Source: Flaccisagitta enflata
Lineage: Eukaryota
Direction of reading: 5' to 3'
Assembly (NCBI GenBank): GCA_965153355.1
Contig: OZ231126.1
Location: forward strand, 18,786,001 to 18,850,000
DNA: 64,000 nucleotides
Shown: positions 1 through 14,562 of the stretch, piece after piece
Layout of the letters: each line of letters opens with the position of its first letter
Position numbering within the stretch: the first letter of the stretch is position 1
Position numbers and translations under genes: made by a program
Notes under the pieces: model-generated
Databases searched by the model: none
Told to the model about the DNA's origin: nothing
Seen by the model: only the letters and a program-made list of their open reading frames with translations

Positions 1-183
1 CAGGACATCGGCCCTTTGGGGCCGCTGCCCTGCTCTCACTCCACTTTTTCACTGGATCACTCCCAGCAGGGCATCGGGTACCGCTGACCATGTGCGATCC
101 TTGGATGACTAGTTTTTTTTGCTCAGTCGAACGCGACTTTGCCGAGTGAAGACCTGCTTCCTTTTTTTGCATCTTCGATTTAG

Positions 184-342
184 ATGAATCCACAATCATT
201 GTCCATTTCAATTCTAATGATCGCCGTTAATTTCCCCGTTTCGATGATAATCAAGACAGACAGCTGTGGCTTCAAATCGTTAATGATTTCGTCACACAAA
301 CATGACCATGTTTTAACGTCGCTAAATCAGAGCAAATTGAAG
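184..342 (+). CDS. Putative upstream exon of the Thr-rich membrane protein
   Basis: 159 nt open in only one frame (MNPQSLSISILMIAVNF...SKLK). Strong phase-0 donor AAG|GTAAGT at 343 joins in frame to the 651 acceptor across a (TC)n intron. Preceded by ttag, so it may be an internal exon. Confidence 0.4.
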
Positions 343-379
343 GTAAGTCTTGAAAGTAGGCGATGTGCTCCCTGACTAC

Positions 380-524
<145 letters not shown>

Positions 525-650
525 TCTCTCTCTTTCTCTCTTTATCATTTGGTCCCCGTCTCACATTTCTCCTACTCTCTTTCCGCTGTTTTCGCTTTTC
601 TTATTATTTCCCAAATTTGTCGACAATGTCGACATCTTCTCTATCATCAG

Positions 651-847
651 CCGCCTGCGCCTTCAGAGTCGCCACCGAACGCTTCAACATCATCTCCAAT
701 ACTATCTACCGCTAACTTGATCACATCATCCAACAATACAGTCAAAGCAGCGTCAACAACCAACAAAATGACGAGTGATACTATCAAAACGGCGACGGCG
801 ACAACAGCTGCAATCACAGGGACCCCTACAATTACACTCGCTCCTGC

Positions 848-920
<73 letters not shown>

Positions 921-1346
921 TCGACTCCAGCAGAAACCATTTTTTCAGCGTCAACCACAATCGCAACGGTAGATCCAATAACCACAACGACGACTTCCAA
1001 TACCACAACGCTGACTTCTCCTCCTTCCTCTTCTTCCTCTTCTTCGTCTAAGATTGCTTCTCCATCTCCGTCCTCCTCGCTAAAAATCGCTGTCGGTGAT
1101 GACGGCGTCATCGTCATCGTCGAAGGTCGAAGAAGAGTGAGGTGGAAATACGCCTTGTTCATCGTCGCCGCTTTCATCATTTTGACTCTGGTCTTCATGG
1201 GCCCGGCCTTCAAAGAGAAACTCTGCCCTAATTGTTGCGATATGATGGCCAACAGCGTTTACGTTTGCGTTGGACCTTCGAAGAGAACTTTTTCATTGAC
1301 TTCGTCTATGAGCGGAGATGGTTTGAATGTTGTTATAACAGTATGA
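651..1346 (+). CDS. Thr/Ser-rich (mucin-like) single-pass membrane protein, putative terminal exon
   Basis: Acceptor tctctatcatcag| at 650. Open frame PPAPSESPPNAST...poly-T...RRRVRWK-YALFIVAAFIILTLVFMG (TM-like)-Cys-rich tail, then TGA. The Thr/Ser bias extends well beyond the (AAC)n tract and uses varied codons. Confidence 0.6.
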
Positions 1347-1411
1347 TTTCATGCAAAAATTCTTTTCTTTATCTGACACATTTTCACTAAAACTACGTGC
1401 GGAACAGCTTA

Positions 1412-3063
<1,652 letters not shown>

Positions 3064-3087
3064 TATACACTTTTTAAAATTTCATCA

Positions 3088-3903
3088 TCGGGAAAAAAGT
3101 CGATGTCAGTCTTCAACTTTTTGACATATTCGAGAGAAACATGATTTTTATTTTCTCATGAGAAAGTTAGGGAATTCATCCGGCGGATTGCACTCTTGGA
3201 CCGCATCAATAGTGTAAGTAAATTTGATAATACTCTTTCATTTGGCGTCAAGCAGAATGCTCTATAACTAATATTTTTTTGTTTTGATTTTCTAAAGATT
3301 TATCTATGAAAAATTCAAATTGATTTTTTTTTATTAGTTTTTGTAGGATCGATGAGGAAGTGTATCTATGTTTATTTGAGCATGCAAATACAAGATTATA
3401 TGTTAATGAGCATAGCTGCTCATTTTTGAGGATTGTTTTGAGTGTTCTAGTCTTTTTTTGCTATTTCAAATGCGATTAATAAAGAAATAATTTAATTCAT
3501 TTTTGAGCATGCAAATTCAAGAAAGCATGTCTGAGAGCATAGCTGGCCATCTCTGTGAATGATTTTGAGTATTTCAGCTCATCTTGCTCATTTGGCTGGT
3601 GTTTTTTCTTATTTTAACTGCAATGAATAAAAAAGAATGTTTTAATATCTGAGCATGCAAATATGAAAAAGCATGCCAGTGAGCATGATTGATCATCTAG
3701 TTGAGTGATTTTGATTATTTTAGCTCATCTAGCTCATTTGGCTCAGTCCTTTTTTTCTATGATTTTCAATGCAATCAATTCATACAATTGCAATTGATTT
3801 ACTCTAACAAATAGAAAAATTGCAATAACTGAAGACAAAAACTTGGTGAAAAATGAATATTGCTTACGACTGTTTTCCTCACGGCGATAGCCGCCATTAC
3901 TGG
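3088..3903 (+). mobile_element. Non-autonomous Helitron copy 2
   Basis: Same 5' TC end and body (ttagctcat and gagcatgcaaat motifs). 3' end CGGC-GATA-GCCG...CTGG|T. Confidence 0.8.
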
Positions 3904-4469
3904 TATCAGTGCACTACATATCGGCATTCTAACATTAAGCCAATTGACTAGTTTTCCTTGTTCCCTGACACGACCTCAAATTTATAAATCGAAAAAAAAA
4001 ATGAAATCACACTCACAGATTGTTTTCATAACAAGCGAGTTGCTCAGCTTTAATGACGTGAATTTCTCCGTAACACCCCCTCCCCCAAAATAGTAGAAGA
4101 AAAGATCAAGGCGAGAGGAGAGACATTTAAGGACCCCCTAATTTCGGAAATTTAGGGGATGTAACAGTCGGCAACGTCTGATGAAAACAAAAATAAATCA
4201 ATGATTAAGAGACAGAGTGTGTCTTTCACATCCTTTGACTACATTACTATAATGTTGCTCCGACTTAATCTCTCCCCCCCTCTCATGACTTTCATGTCGA
4301 GATGACCTTGACAATTTGGCTAGCGCGGGCCTTCTTAGTCCTATCAATACGAATAAAACTTAAAAGAGAAAAAGAATCAAGTATCACGTGATTAAAATTG
4401 TTCAAATCGTCGGCAAGGAAAATGAGGCACAAATGGAGTTATTGTTTCTTTTGTTTTGATTCTTCTCTC

Positions 4470-4531
4470 TTATTTAGTCGACGATTCCAAGTAGGCGATC
4501 AAGTCCGCGCGCTCGTTCTTCTTCTTCAGAC
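4470..4531 (-). CDS. CYCS: Cytochrome c, coding exon 3
   Basis: Acceptor ccgcag|, reading (G)LKKKNERADLIAYLESSTK then TAA. Spliced CDS is 175+84+62=321 nt, giving 106 aa plus stop. Confidence 0.97.
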
Positions 4532-4810
4532 CTGCGGAATTTTAACAAGTGACCAAGGGTCACATTATCGTTGCGAACGGGTGGGCAGGGGCATCCAACC
4601 TCCGTCCACACCTAACCTCCATCCCCACATACAAACGTACCGAACTATCAAAAACGCTCGTTTTTCCACTCTTCGTCTCAACGTCGTTGTGGACAGGTGG
4701 GCGGGGGCGTCCAATACCAATCCACACCCCACTCCCCACACACATACACAATAAGGTTGGTTGTTACGTGGTCGATGAATCGTTGTATAGTTCAATTGTC
4801 GTTTACTCAC

Positions 4811-4894
4811 CGGCGAAGACCATCTTGGTTCCTGGGATGTATTTTTTCGGGTTGGTCAAGTAGACTTCAAGCGTGTCGGCGTTCCATTCCACGC
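4811..4894 (-). CDS. CYCS: Cytochrome c, coding exon 2
   Basis: Acceptor caccag| and donor GCCG|GTGAGT. 84 nt reading (G)[27 protein letters not shown], containing the conserved [11 protein letters not shown] and the axial Met. Confidence 0.97.
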
Positions 4895-5112
4895 CTGGTG
4901 TAGGGCAAGTGTGAAATAATTAGCATTATTTATCATTTTAACAATACACCTCGGTCCTCGGTCGTTCAGTTTGTCCCAAAGCTGTCTGCTTTGTATTGTT
5001 TCAGTTACTGTTTTTCTCCATTTTTGCAACTTCTCACAATCCTAATGTGTCTTACGAGTTAGCCGTGTCCATACTGTCCGTTCCTAAGGTACAAAATGTT
5101 TCTACGCTGCTT

Positions 5113-7073
5113 CTTTTTAGATGCGTCCGTCAGGAACGCATCTCTATAAGAGGGTCTGTCCGTCCGTCCGTCCGTCGGTCCGTCCGTTGGTCCGTCCGTA
5201 ACGCCTGTGCGAAAACCACGTTTCTCGGCTGATTTAGGCCACGGTGAGATCCTGCACTGAATCATATGATAGGTATACGACCTAATTTTTCCAAATTGAT
5301 GACAGTACTCATTCATTGGCCTTTTTCACTCAAACATGTCTCTGAGGTGAGGTTTTGGAAGGTTTCGGACATTTTTGGCCCAAAAAAATCCAATTGACCC
5401 CAATAATTATATGACTTTTTTGATGTAGAAATTAGCGAGATTTTTGGCTGCTGTTTTTCTTGCAGGTGGCCCTTTAAGATAATAATAAATAATGTCAAAA
5501 ATGCCTGAAAACCTCCAGAAACTTACTACATACAGTGTATGTAAGTATTTTTTTAAAAATGAGCCGATTCTGTGAGCTTTATTTGAATTATGGGGTGCTT
5601 GAAAGAGTCATTTGAAATGAAAATTAGGAGGAAATCCTCAGAAAATGGTTTCCACTTGGGGGGGGGGGGGGGTATTTGACACTTGCAGGGGGTATTTGAC
5701 ACTTGTGGGGGGTAGTTGACACTTGCGGGGGGTAGTTAACACTTGCGGGGGGTAGTTGACACTTGTGGGGGTAGTTGGCACTTGGAAGGGGGTGGTTGAC
5801 ACTTGTGGAGGGTAGTTGACATTTTTGGGGGCTAGTTGACACATGTGGGGGGTAGATGACACTTGCAGGTGTAGTTGACACTTGGGGGGTAGTCGACACT
5901 TGGGGGTAGTTGACACTTGCAGGGGGTAGTTGACACTTGTAGGGGTGGTTGACACTTGCAAGGGGTATACAACTCTGCAAGGGGTAGTTGACACTGCGGG
6001 GATGGTTGACACTTGCAGGAGTTGACACTTGGGGGTAGTTGACACTGGTGGGGTAGTTGACACTTGCGGTAGTTGAAACTTGCGGGTAGTTGACACTTGC
6101 GGTAGTTGACTCGTGCAGGGGTGGTTGACACTTGCAAGGGTAGTTGACACTTGCGGGTGATGACTTGCGAGGGTAGTTGACACTTACGGGGGGTAGTTGA
6201 CACTTGGGGTAGTTGACACTTACTGGGGGTAGTTGACACTTGAGGGCGGAAATTGACCCTTGTGGGGGGTAGTAGAAACTTGTGGGGGGTGGTTGACACA
6301 TGTAGGGGATAGTTGCCCCTTACAGGGGTAGTTGACACTTGATGGGGTTAGTTGACACTCGGGGGATGGTGGGGTAGTCGACGCATGTTAGGGGTAAATT
6401 CTGAATTTCATGTATAAACTCATAATCCAATTCGGTAACGAAACATGCAAGTACAATCGATTCTTTATCGCATGTGTGATGAATCAATGTATGTGTTAAA
6501 CATAAACACGGGCAAAGAAAAGGGTGAAAAATCGAGCTTATAGCGTCATCTTTAAACCGCCAGAGAGGCTGAGAGAGGAGGAACTGAACTTTAGTAAATA
6601 GCTCATTGGAAAGAAAAAACGAAGAGGAATCGAACCATCTCACATGCAAAAATACTCAGTCGCATATGCGCGTAATCTTCGATAGAAGGAAAAAAAAGAA
6701 AAAATCACTATCTTACTTTTGTAGCACGTGGTCATAATTGACACCAGTCGATAGCCCTCTAAATTCCCTCTCCGAAAAATATTCGGTTTGGATTATACGG
6801 TCAGTTTAAACATTTTTACTGAACCTAAAGCGGAAGCAATCAATCGGCCTCATTCCGTTTCCGCTCGCGTCTAGAACAATTTCCAACGCGCAAGCGAATA
6901 GCCGTTATACCTACATATGATCATCAAACGTGTTTTGAGAGCCTCCATTGCTACTCTGTCGCTACATCTGCATGTCTATCTGTATCTCCATAAATGTCAC
7001 AAAAATATTCAGCGCCAAAGTCAGTACATACAGAGACACAGTCCGGACGCATCGTTGCCCGGTCGGGCTTGTT
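5113..7073 (+). mobile_element. DINE-1/HINE-like element filling most of the first coding intron of cytochrome c
   Basis: TTTTTAGATGCGTCC...CGCATCT 5' inverted repeat, (GTCC)n tract, 3' subTIR GGACGCATC and stem-loop GCCCGGTCGGGC, then TTGTT. Confidence 0.65.
5655..6395. repeat. G-rich minisatellite, ~17-21 bp unit GGGGGTAGTTGACACTTGC
   Basis: Over 30 degenerate units with constant GTTGACAC core and variable G-runs. Confidence 0.95.
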
Positions 7074-7159
7074 TCATTTTCTATCTGTTTTTCAGTGGCA
7101 ATTTAGTCCTTCGTTTTCCTAGTTTGCTTCTTTCTTTTTTCGAACCGAATTCCCTGTAC

Positions 7160-7334
7160 CTTTCTTGATGTTGGCTTCCGAGTAGGCGTATCCGGGGGCC
7201 TGGCCGGTCTTTCTTCCCCAGAATCCCCACAAGTTGGGTCCAGTTTTGTGTTTGCCTCCGCTCTCGACGGTGTGACACTGAGCGCAACGCTGCACGAAAA
7301 GCTTCTTGCCCTTGTCAACGTTTCCGGGAGCCAT
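7160..7334 (-). CDS. CYCS: Cytochrome c, coding exon 1
   Basis: ATG at 7334 reads [58 protein letters not shown], with heme motif CAQCH. Phase-1 donor AAAG|GTACAG at 7159. A possible upstream acceptor (cacag, ~7366) suggests a 5'UTR intron. Confidence 0.97.
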
Positions 7335-8459
7335 TGTTTATGGTTTTTTGTTAAGTTTTGCTGGCCTGTGAAGTCGGGATATATCAGCTCTTTATCAAGC
7401 CGGAAGTTCCTTCAATCGACTTTCAAACACGACGAAATGGTTAAAGATGAACTGAGTAATAATTAAAAAAAGAAAAAAATTATCGTGAAAATATGAAAGT
7501 GTGAGAATGGTTGGAGAATGGAATCGGTAAGACGCGATTTTAAAGATGTTTTGCTGCGTTATGAAGGCGGTGTTCAAATCAATGATTGAGATGAAGAGGA
7601 AGGGGCCGTGTTTGGTAACGAACTCCCAGTTGTTTTTGCAACGATCTGGTTATGAGAATCACCTCACAGATTTTGAGGTTTGATCACACGACTATGATGA
7701 CGATGTTGACTCTTGGGAAAGAAACATTGTAGTAAACCAAACAAAGCCTACCTGATCAGAGAATTATCTTTTATGCGTCGAAAATGTCTGAAAAAATACC
7801 GGAGATGGCTGGCCACTAAAGGGTTGGCTGGTCGTGCAACGTGCTCGCTCGGTTTTCAATGCTTTACAATACGATCTTCCTCTTCAGCAACGACGATGAT
7901 GTATTCGTCAGATTTGTTCTTCACTGACCTTGAGTTCGTCTCGTCGATCGAAATCGTTCGAGGAAGAGGAGGAGGCAGAAAATGGGTGAACGTTAGATAT
8001 ATCTTGCACTTTAACTGATTGTATATAGATAATATCTATATAATAGATATTGTATCAGCAAGAACATGCCTCTCGATCTTGGCCTTGAACTAGTGGGTCT
8101 TGAAGATCGAAGTTGGTATTTAAAAAAAAGGTAAAATGTTTATAAATAAGGGTCTAGATAAGTGAGCTTCAATTTAAAATTACAGGTCGCGGACATGCAC
8201 TTCTAAAAGTCAAAACCACTGTCCGTTGGTCGCGTTTTTTATGTCGCTGCCAAGTGCCAAGATAGACTCTCCAGTAATCCTAACAAGGCCGGATACACGG
8301 CTACCGAAGTCGAGTGCGGGTGGGCAGGGGCAATGATGAAAAAGCATCTGGGTAGGAGCAGTGATAGAAAAACCGCCCGTAACGCCAAAAAAGCTTATGC
8401 AGACGGACGGACGGACGGACGGACCGACCCACGTAGCGACGCGACTCTCTGATGGACGT

Positions 8460-8553
<94 letters not shown>

Positions 8554-8564
8554 GAAAGAAAAAA

Positions 8565-8650
<86 letters not shown>

Positions 8651-8845
8651 AAAAAAGCAAGCAAGCAAGCAAGAATGTAAACAAGGCCGTATACACTCCC
8701 CTCAGACGCGGACGGATGGGCAGGTGCGCAAAACAGAAATGTGATGTGACGTGACCGACCGACCGACACAGACTGACACGGCAAGTTCTTGAGTCGCGTG
8801 TCCGCGACTAAAAAGTAAGCAAGCAAGCAGGAAAGAAAATAAGAG

Positions 8846-8952
<107 letters not shown>

Positions 8953-9387
8953 AAAAAAGAAAGAAAAAAAGAAAGAAAGAAAATAATAATATCATCGCGC
9001 TTAGGCCAGGGGAGGGGGGGGGCAGTGACGAAGATTTGCGTATTTGCACTTGTCCACTCAAGCGTTATGGACCACATCAGGAGTTATGGACCAACGGTCT
9101 AACAGACCAATCAACCAATGGACAGACGGACCAACCGACAGATGGACGGCCTTTTACCGAGTCGTCAGTCCAAAAAGATGGTTTACAAGGACTCAGTCAA
9201 ACAAGGAGCCAGTCGCGTGCGGGTGGGCAGGGGCTGTATTTTAGGTCACTAGGACATTTGGGCAGGAGCAGTGAGGCGAAAGACCACAAACATAAAAAAA
9301 GTGAAATGTGACCGACCGACCGACCGACCGACCGAACAACCAACCAACCGACCGACTAACCGACAGCCTGACAAAGCGGGGTGTATA

Positions 9388-9797
9388 CCACGCGTATCAA
9401 AAAAAAAGACGCACCTATCTATTAATTGATAAAACAGATAAAAAAAATAATTTTAACTATTTACAAAAAAGACATTTTGAAAGATTTTCAAAAAATATTT
9501 CATTCTAGACCAATCCCAGATCTGTATCTCAAACGGTTTAGGAGCTAGAGCTCTGCAAAGAGAAGCACTATTTTGTTAAAATGCATTTTTTTCATAGGGA
9601 TTGCAAAACTGAAATAGGCAACATTTTTACTCAAATTGATGCCATTTCTAAACGAAAAAAGATAGCAATACCAGATTGGCGCCAAATGAAAGTACTTTCA
9701 AAGGGCTTCAAAATGACCTAAGATTTTCTGTAGTTTTTTGAAGATTTATTGGCTAAATTAACCATTTAAAAGTGCGTCTTTTTTTTGATACGCGTGG
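9388..9797. mobile_element. Tc1/mariner-type MITE nested in a HINE
   Basis: [29 protein letters not shown], with TA on both flanks. Confidence 0.85.
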
Positions 9798-10465
9798 TAA
9801 TATGTAGAGTCGCTTAGCACGCGACTAAAAAGAAAAACAAGAATGATGAACGCAAAATCGCCCGTTTTGTTGGATTTGAGGAAGAGACACGGCGTACACG
9901 CTGAAGTGGCGGTGGTGATGCTTGGTGATGACATGGTTGGTGATGACGGCGGTGGCAATGGTGTCGGTTGGGGTGGTGGTAACTTGTATAATGGTGGTAA
10001 GGACAATTTGGCGTTATTGGCGGTGCAGTGGTGGCGATAACGATGGCCGCGACGCTGTGGCGGCAGCGACGGCGATGGTGGCGTTGGCCAATTGTCAATC
10101 TTTTTCCATTCGCCGCCTCCTCCTCCGCCATGATTAAATTGGCGATGGGAGCGGTCGAGAATAAACGACTTTTCAAACGGGCAAACGACGCTCCTCCTCC
10201 TCCTCCTCCTCCTCCTCCTCCTCCTCCGACGCTCTTGGGTGTACTCGCTCGCGCTCTTTGTCTGGTTTATGTGGTCGATCTTCTTAATGACCTTCTTCGC
10301 GTATAACGCCTCTATATCGATGTGTAAATGTTCCCCCTCTTTTCCTAATAAATTCGCCGCGGTGAGGAAAATATTAAGGAGACAAAGAATGGAAGAAAGA
10401 GTGGGGAAGATGGTGAAAAGGTAACATAGTGTGATGATATTGATAAAAAGCCTAAAAAGAAACAC
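9758..10465 (-). CDS. Uncharacterised low-complexity ORF/exon candidate (Arg run, Pro/Ser-rich)
   Basis: 235-codon open frame over a GC-richer non-TE island. No recognisable domain, the start is GTG, and the 3' end runs into TE sequence. Confidence 0.25.
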   Translation of the reverse strand: MFLFRLFINIITLCYLFTIFPTLSSILCLLNIFLTAANLLGKEGEHLHIDIEALYAKKVIKKIDHINQTKSASEYTQERRRRRRRRRRRRRSVVCPFEKSFILDRSHRQFNHGGGGGGEWKKIDNWPTPPSPSLPPQRRGHRYRHHCTANNAKLSLPPLYKLPPPQPTPLPPPSSPTMSSPSITTATSACTPCLFLKSNKTGDFAFIILVFLFSRVLSDSTYYHAYQKKDALLNG

Positions 10466-10579
10466 GTGTTTCGGTCCTTTTCAAAATTCCACGTGATGAG
10501 AGTCAAAGTGTGCCGGAATTCTTATGTTGCCGCGTTTCTTTCCTTTCAATTTCTCATATAAACAATATCATGTGCTTAA

Positions 10580-10918
10580 TAGGGTGTCCAAAAGTATGGT
10601 CAAATTCGAATTTCATCTTCCTCGCTGGAGAAACACGACCATTTCCATCACAGATGATGACCCTGAAATCTGGTGATGATCAGATTAAGATTACTCATGA
10701 CCGCCACTCCCATTATATCCTATAGAAAATGCATAGGAAGGATTTTGGTCTTATTCCAGCCCTATATTTTACAATGGGAAAAGGGTTTGGGTGGCGGTCA
10801 TGAGTAAATTTGATCTGATCATCACTAGATTTTAGAGTCATGATCTGTGGTGGAAATGGACACATTTCTCCCGCAAGGAACACTAAATTCGGATTTGACC
10901 ATACTTTCAGTCACCCTA
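10580..10918. mobile_element. hAT-type MITE with long imperfect TIRs
   Basis: TAGGGTG...CACCCTA termini, ~130-bp inverted arms and a perfect 8-bp TSD GTGCTTAA. Confidence 0.9.
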
Positions 10919-11890
10919 GTGCTTAATAATAAGAAAACTATATCGCATACTGTACCTCCACAAGAACTAAGACCACCCAGGACATGTGAAGCAGGGTATA
11001 GCAAAGTTTAGCACAGTTTAGAAGACTGAGGAGGTTATGCAGCGAGGATGAGGACTATTGGAAGTATAGGAAGCAGGTGGAAGAGAAATTGATGTCAAGG
11101 GGATATGAAAAAACCAAGTAAGACAGCAGATGAAAGAAAGTTTTGAGATGGAGAGAGAGCAAGCGCTCAGAAGGGTGGAGAAGAAAACAGACAAAAGAAT
11201 CAATTTTAATTTCATATTAACTCACAGCAGCTACCTACCCAATGTCAATCGGATACTCTAAAGGAATAGACATTACCTAAAAGATGGGCAATTTTGTCAA
11301 AGAGCTACTAAGGCTAAGCCTACGACGAGGGAAGAACTTGGGTGATTTGATCGTGAATGCAAAGGCAAAATAACTAGAAGGTGGCTTGGCACCATGTGGG
11401 AAAGGTTGTAAACCTTGCAAGTTTATGCAGGTGACGAGTACAGTGAAAGACAAGGATGAGAAGGAAATGACACTGGAAAGAAAGTCGGTTGGAGCAATTT
11501 ATTGAATGTACTGTGGAAAGTGTGAGAAGATAGTTTATGTAGGGAAGACCAGGCGCAAAATAAGCGAACGCTTTAATGGGTACCGAGCAGACCTAAAGAC
11601 AGAGGATGAAAGCAAGCCAGCGTTTCACTTCAAGAAGGAGGGGCATAAGGAGCAAGACATGGAGGTCATTGGGTTGGAGCACATACCAAGCGACGACGAC
11701 GTCTACAGGATAGCAAAAGAAAGAGAATCAAAAAAAATGACTCTCTAGATAACCTTGGGTTTTTTTTAACCAAAACATTTGGGTGCCCTGGATTGGAAAG
11801 AGGGGGGACAGTCATTTCAAGAGAATAAGAAAATGCGGTTTTGTTTTTAACATTGTAGTTCTTTATTTGTCCTGAACCAAGTCAAAGAAA

Positions 11891-12394
11891 AACAAGGTCA
11901 ACAAACCTTAGTCGCGTGGTAATAAGGGTAATAAAGGTAATTAAGGTAATTAAGGTAATTAAGGTAATGAAGATAATGAAGATAACTAAGTACCTATATC
12001 TTCCTATAATTACCCACATTTACCTACAACTACTTGTAAATACCTATAATTACCTACAATTACATTACATTACTATAAATCATCTATAATCACCTATAAT
12101 CACCCATTATTTCCTATATTTCCTACAATTACCTCAATTTAAAGTCCGAGACAACTTTTCTGATTTATATGATACATATTACTAAAATACCTATATTTAC
12201 CTATAATTATCTAAAATTACCTAAAATTACCTATAATTACCAAAAATTACCTATAATTACCTTTAATAACCTTCAATAACCTTTAAAACGACTATAAAGC
12301 CTATATTTCAAAAAAGTTACCGACCGACCGACAGACCGACCGACCGACCGACCGACATAGCGGCTTCTAGAGTCGCGTTCACGCGACTAAAAAA
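11891..12394 (-). mobile_element. HINE-like element with short ATTACCTATA array
   Basis: Same terminal palindrome AGTCGCGTTCACGCGACT and (GACC)n tract. Inserted in the Penelope element. Confidence 0.8.
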
Positions 12395-12518
12395 TTTCAT
12401 TGGAGAATAACCAAAGGTGATAAAAAGAGGACTGAAGAGGGTTTTAAAACAAAGGGGGTGACACTATTTTGAAATGTTGTTGATGTAATGAAATTTTGTT
12501 ATATTCATTCAGTTCCAC

Positions 12519-12558
12519 GACCCTGAAGAACGGGGGAAACCCTCGAAAAATATGGGTG
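12519..12558 (+). ncRNA. Degenerate minimal hammerhead ribozyme motif of the Penelope-like element
   Basis: acc-CTGAAGA-acgggggaaaccctc-GAAA-aata-tg-ggt: core boxes, a stem II hairpin and acc/ggt stem I. The cleavage position is G rather than H. Confidence 0.6.
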
Positions 12559-12678
12559 ATTTTACAAATGAAAACTATATGCTTAAATATTGAAGACTGA
12601 TGAAAAATCAAAGGATGGAGTTTTTTTCTTGAGGATCCTTTTTATAGATTCCATGACTTTCACCTTAAGCATTAAAAA

Positions 12679-12872
12679 AACAAGGCCAACACGTATAAGT
12701 CGCGTGCGAGACTTACAGATTGAATTAAAATGACTCAGTATACTCTTAAATAACTTTCAATGACTTAAAGAAATAAAATTGATAAAAAGAGTAAAAGTTT
12801 GACCGACAGACCGACCAACGGACGGACAGACGGACAAAGCGGAATGTAGAGTCGCAGACATGCGACTAAAAA
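12679..12872 (-). mobile_element. Short HINE-like copy of the 16811-18509 family with almost no array
   Basis: Matching ends aacaaggccaacac.tataagtcgcgtgcgagacttac and aaagaaataaaattgataaaaa..gtagagtcgc..gcgactaaaa. Confidence 0.8.
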
Positions 12873-13333
12873 TTCAAAAGATTAACTTTTTTTTTCAAAT
12901 TATTGAAACATACAAGGTAACACCTCTTTTAAGCTCTCCCAGCGGCACTCATCTTTACACATGTAAGTTATGCACGCGACTAAAAATACTTAGAGGCAGA
13001 TATAGGCAGCGATCATGAGAGGGGTTTTGGGCAGAAATCGATGTAGTCTCCGTAATCGTCGATGAAAAAAGCGTATCTGATGGACGGACATACGTTCGCG
13101 CGGATGGATTCCGGAGTCAGCGGACATATCCTCCAACAGATTTTTTTGTCACGCTACTAATAGCGTAGAAGTACTATCCAAAAAATGCCTAGTATGTGGC
13201 AACGGACAGACCGAAAAGTGGCTTATAGGGTTGTGTGGCACGCAAAAAATTAGTTTAAGAGGTAATGAATTTGCATCTGTTAGAGGCGGAACTTCGTTGC
13301 AGGCGGCTCCGTTAGAGCGGGGTTCAACTGTGC

Positions 13334-13425
<92 letters not shown>

Positions 13426-13463
13426 CTGTCACTCTCGCACCAGGTAATCTGTAATGTAAAAAA

Positions 13464-13742
13464 GTGAGATTAAACCCCGAGGTGGGTTGGAATCACTCAG
13501 GTTTGCTCGGGTTTGCTCGGGGTTTGCCTGGGGTTGACTAAAAATTTTCTGTAGTAAATGATTAAAGGATTTCTGTCAACCCCGAGCAAACCCCGACCAA
13601 CCCCGAGCAAACCCCGGGCAAACCCCAAGCTTGGGTTGCTTGGGTTTACTCGGGGTTTACTTGGGGTTTACCCAGGGTTCAACCCCGAGCAACCCCAAGC
13701 AATCTCGAGCAACCCCAAGCAACCCCCGGGGTTTAATCTCAC
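13464..13742. mobile_element. Palindromic MITE built from AACCCCGAGCA-type subrepeats
   Basis: Terminal inverted repeat GTGAGATTAAACCCCG / CGGGGTTTAATCTCAC. Internal ~11-bp repeats alternate in orientation. Confidence 0.65.
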
Positions 13743-13792
13743 CCCAGATTACGAGGTGTCTTGGGCTTTCTGACTCTGACACTCTCTCTCAT

Positions 13793-14172
<380 letters not shown>

Positions 14173-14562
14173 CCCCACATGAGCAAGAGATCGTTTCACT
14201 GCAAGAGCTTAGAATTGGGGTATTACACTTTCACAAATGATTAGGTCAAGCGGTTTTTCAATTTTGAAACAGAAGAATAAATGGAAAAATATTATGGACA
14301 GTACCTACGGTAACCTTTTATTGTGCCCCTTTTCTTTCTTTTTTCGGCAGACTTTTCTAGTTATAATTTTCTTAAAAACATATGGGGGAGATTTGCTTAC
14401 GAAAAAAATCAAGGCGCAGAATGCCATGGAAACGACCTGATAAAACTCTTACAAATGCAGACAGGAGACTCAAAAATGTGTGAAACGTTTGCGTAGTCCG
14501 TTGGTCTGTAATCGGGAAAAAAGTCGAAGTCAGTCTTCGACGTATTCGAGATATTCGCCATA

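Larger units (their letters stand above)
10930..12640 (+). mobile_element. Penelope-like retroelement, decayed 3' half (RT thumb, linker, GIY-YIG, 3' region)
   Basis: Fragments YLHKN*DHPGHVKQGIAK, LRRGKNLGDLIVNAK, PCGKGCKPCKFM and AIY*MYCGKCEKIVYVGKTRRKISERFNGY...FHF...VIGLE. Contains stops and frameshifts. Interrupted by a HINE at 11891-12394. Confidence 0.9.

Noticed and set aside
5624..6338. Repeat ORFs (KCQLPP/QVSTTP/SVNYP) and a CRISPR-like appearance
   Set aside because: Minisatellite inside an intron. No unique spacers, no cas genes, eukaryotic context.
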